From Kiritimatiellia bacterium (GTDB taxonomy: Bacteria; Verrucomicrobiota; Kiritimatiellia; RFP12; UBA1067), in the NCBI GenBank assembly GCA_017508315.1, contig JAFVZE010000350.1, forward strand, positions 1-44,455: a stretch of DNA of 44,455 nucleotides, written 5' to 3'. Shown here piece by piece: positions 42,938 to 44,455 of the stretch. The stretch's first letter is position 1. Each line of letters opens with the position of its first letter. A program made the position numbers and the translations under genes. The notes beneath the pieces were generated by a model, which saw only the letters and a program-made list of their open reading frames with translations, had not been told where the DNA came from and did no database searches.

Positions 42938-44455
42938 TTACCGCAAATCTCTCTCCGCTCCCCAGGGATCTTCGCCGTGGCGGCGGATCCATTCTTTACA
43001 CATCTCCACCGCCTCAAGACCGGTATCGACAAGCGGCGTACAGTGGAAAACGATCCCGTGGATGACGCCGGTGCGCATCAGCCGCTCCGCCAGATCAAGC
43101 TGGCGCTGCATGCTCGCTCTGGGAATTTCGGCCTTCTTCGGGAAATTCCACATGTAAATTCCCAGCAGTATCGATTTCCCGGGACCGGCCAGTTCACGGC
43201 ACTTCGCCAGACGTTCCTCCATTTGGGGGATGTCGTTGGCGTCGTAGACCCAGAACGATATCTGATCGCACGCGTCGAACGTCGGTTTTGGATTGCGGTT
43301 GAACTCGGTCGAATAGAACACCACCGTCAGCTTGGGCGACTGCGGGAGCTTGAGCATCTCGTTTTTCAGCCGGAAGAGTTCAACCTCCGGGCGCACGAAC
43401 GACGAAGCGAAATAGTCGTCAAGCCAGAAGGAATTGAGCTTCGGATGCCTCTTGGCCAGATCAAGGGCGATATTGGCCTTCTCGGCGAACGAATAATCGC
43501 CGTCGTTGTCGGTAATACTCCAGCCGAACCCCGAAAGACCGGACAGTTCCTTCACCGCGGCGTCAAACGGCGGCTTCGGCAGCGCCTGCCAGCGGCAGAC
43601 GCTGACGTTCGGAATCCCCATCGCGAGGCATGCCGCCCCCATGTCGAGATGATCGGGCCCGAACCACTTGCGTTCGTTCCCGGACGACGTGCGGAACGCA
43701 TGCGCATGATGCCCCCACATCCAGAGCCGCTTGCGGAAAGTGTCCGCAGGCGAACGTTCGGAAACCGACATTCTCGCATCGCCGAGCTGCCGGAGCTTCC
43801 ATTCAAGATGTTCACGGTCGGCGACGTAGAACATCGACGGCTCCCAGCCGAGCGACGAATCGGCGTCAACGAGCGGGATCGTCTCGCGCACGTTCTTCTC
43901 CTCGTCGTCGAGAACCGCGTAAAGCCGCCGCGCCGCCGCTTCACGCTCGGCGCCGGACGATTTCGGGTCCGTCAGCGCGAGACCGTCGCGCTTGAAAAGA
44001 ATGCTGTTGCGCACGGTGCGGACCGTATGCTCGAAAAACCGTCCGAGTCCGAGCATCCGTTCCGCATACGGACGCTTCACCGCCGGCACGTTCGCGAGCG
44101 CCAATGCCAGACGTTCGTTTCCCCGCCGCCAGAGCGCAAGCTCCTTTTCGGTCGTCTTGAGCCGTCCGGCGATCTGGCTTTCCGGAATATCGTAGGAACT
44201 GCCGAGATACTTCCAGCCGTTTCCGTAACGGCGCCCCTCGTACCATTCGTACTGCGGATGCGGCGGCAGCGGCCAGGGCTCGCCCGGCAGCACGAACGCG
44301 AAGGCCGGTCCGATGCGCAGCGGCCCGTACTGATCGAACGAACGGGCGCTGTGGAATAGAAACGCCTCGCTCCAGTCCCGCCAGGCGTCGATGACGGCAT
44401 CAACGTTCATGCATCCGAAATCCCGCGCCGCGATACCGCGCAGAGTTTCCCGCAC
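42938..44455 (-). CDS. Host hypothetical protein (possibly a glycoside-hydrolase-like TIM-barrel), N-terminus beyond the right window edge
   Basis: The ORF is open to the window end, with >505 aa visible. I recognise no signature motif. It sits among other carbohydrate-active genes. The leading M in the track is a translated internal GTG. Confidence 0.5.
   Translation of the reverse strand: MRETLRGIAARDFGCMNVDAVIDAWRDWSEAFLFHSARSFDQYGPLRIGPAFAFVLPGEPWPLPPHPQYEWYEGRRYGNGWKYLGSSYDIPESQIAGRLKTTEKELALWRRGNERLALALANVPAVKRPYAERMLGLGRFFEHTVRTVRNSILFKRDGLALTDPKSSGAEREAAARRLYAVLDDEEKNVRETIPLVDADSSLGWEPSMFYVADREHLEWKLRQLGDARMSVSERSPADTFRKRLWMWGHHAHAFRTSSGNERKWFGPDHLDMGAACLAMGIPNVSVCRWQALPKPPFDAAVKELSGLSGFGWSITDNDGDYSFAEKANIALDLAKRHPKLNSFWLDDYFASSFVRPEVELFRLKNEMLKLPQSPKLTVVFYSTEFNRNPKPTFDACDQISFWVYDANDIPQMEERLAKCRELAGPGKSILLGIYMWNFPKKAEIPRASMQRQLDLAERLMRTGVIHGIVFHCTPLVDTGLEAVEMCKEWIRRHGEDPWGAERDLR

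Overview
High-GC window (not computed) whose host gene content looks like a PVC-type bacterium (Lentisphaerae/Verrucomicrobia/Kiritimatiellae-like); that taxonomy is inference only. Host DNA lies at 1-12379 and 42745-44455. The left flank, all on the minus strand, carries ychF (partial), a type IV pilus/secretin-like cluster (PilM/N-like, PilO-like, secretin, coiled-coil membrane protein), a Tat-signal Gfo/Idh/MocA oxidoreductase, an SGNH hydrolase, a clan GH-A glycosidase and a GH27 alpha-galactosidase. The right flank carries tRNA-Arg(CCG) and one partial CDS. Between them is a ~30.4 kb siphovirus-like prophage (12380-42744) integrated into the 3' half of tRNA-Arg(CCG) and bounded by an exact 46-bp direct repeat. 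All ~40 prophage genes are on the + strand. In order they are: tyrosine integrase, small membrane protein, three tandem ribbon-helix-helix (RHH) proteins with a repeated palindromic operator, excisionase-like HTH, SF3-type helicase, ParB-like protein, ParB-DNA methyltransferase fusion, a frame-broken MetK-N-domain/SSB-tail chimera, a DUF2829 (Tad2-like) protein, terminase, gpW-like protein, portal, protease/scaffold, capsid, tail tube, G/GT chaperones, tape measure, tail-tip genes, a membrane/lysis block and two large ORFans. The most interesting points are the non-canonical RHH/operator switch in a strictly unidirectional prophage, the MetK/SSB chimera inside a putative anti-defence cluster, the Tad2-like protein, a G8 tract in the methylase, a perfect 27-bp x5 repeat in the tail tube gene, and 3.5 kb of unknown genes next to attR. 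No database search was possible, so every family call rests on motifs I recognise by eye.
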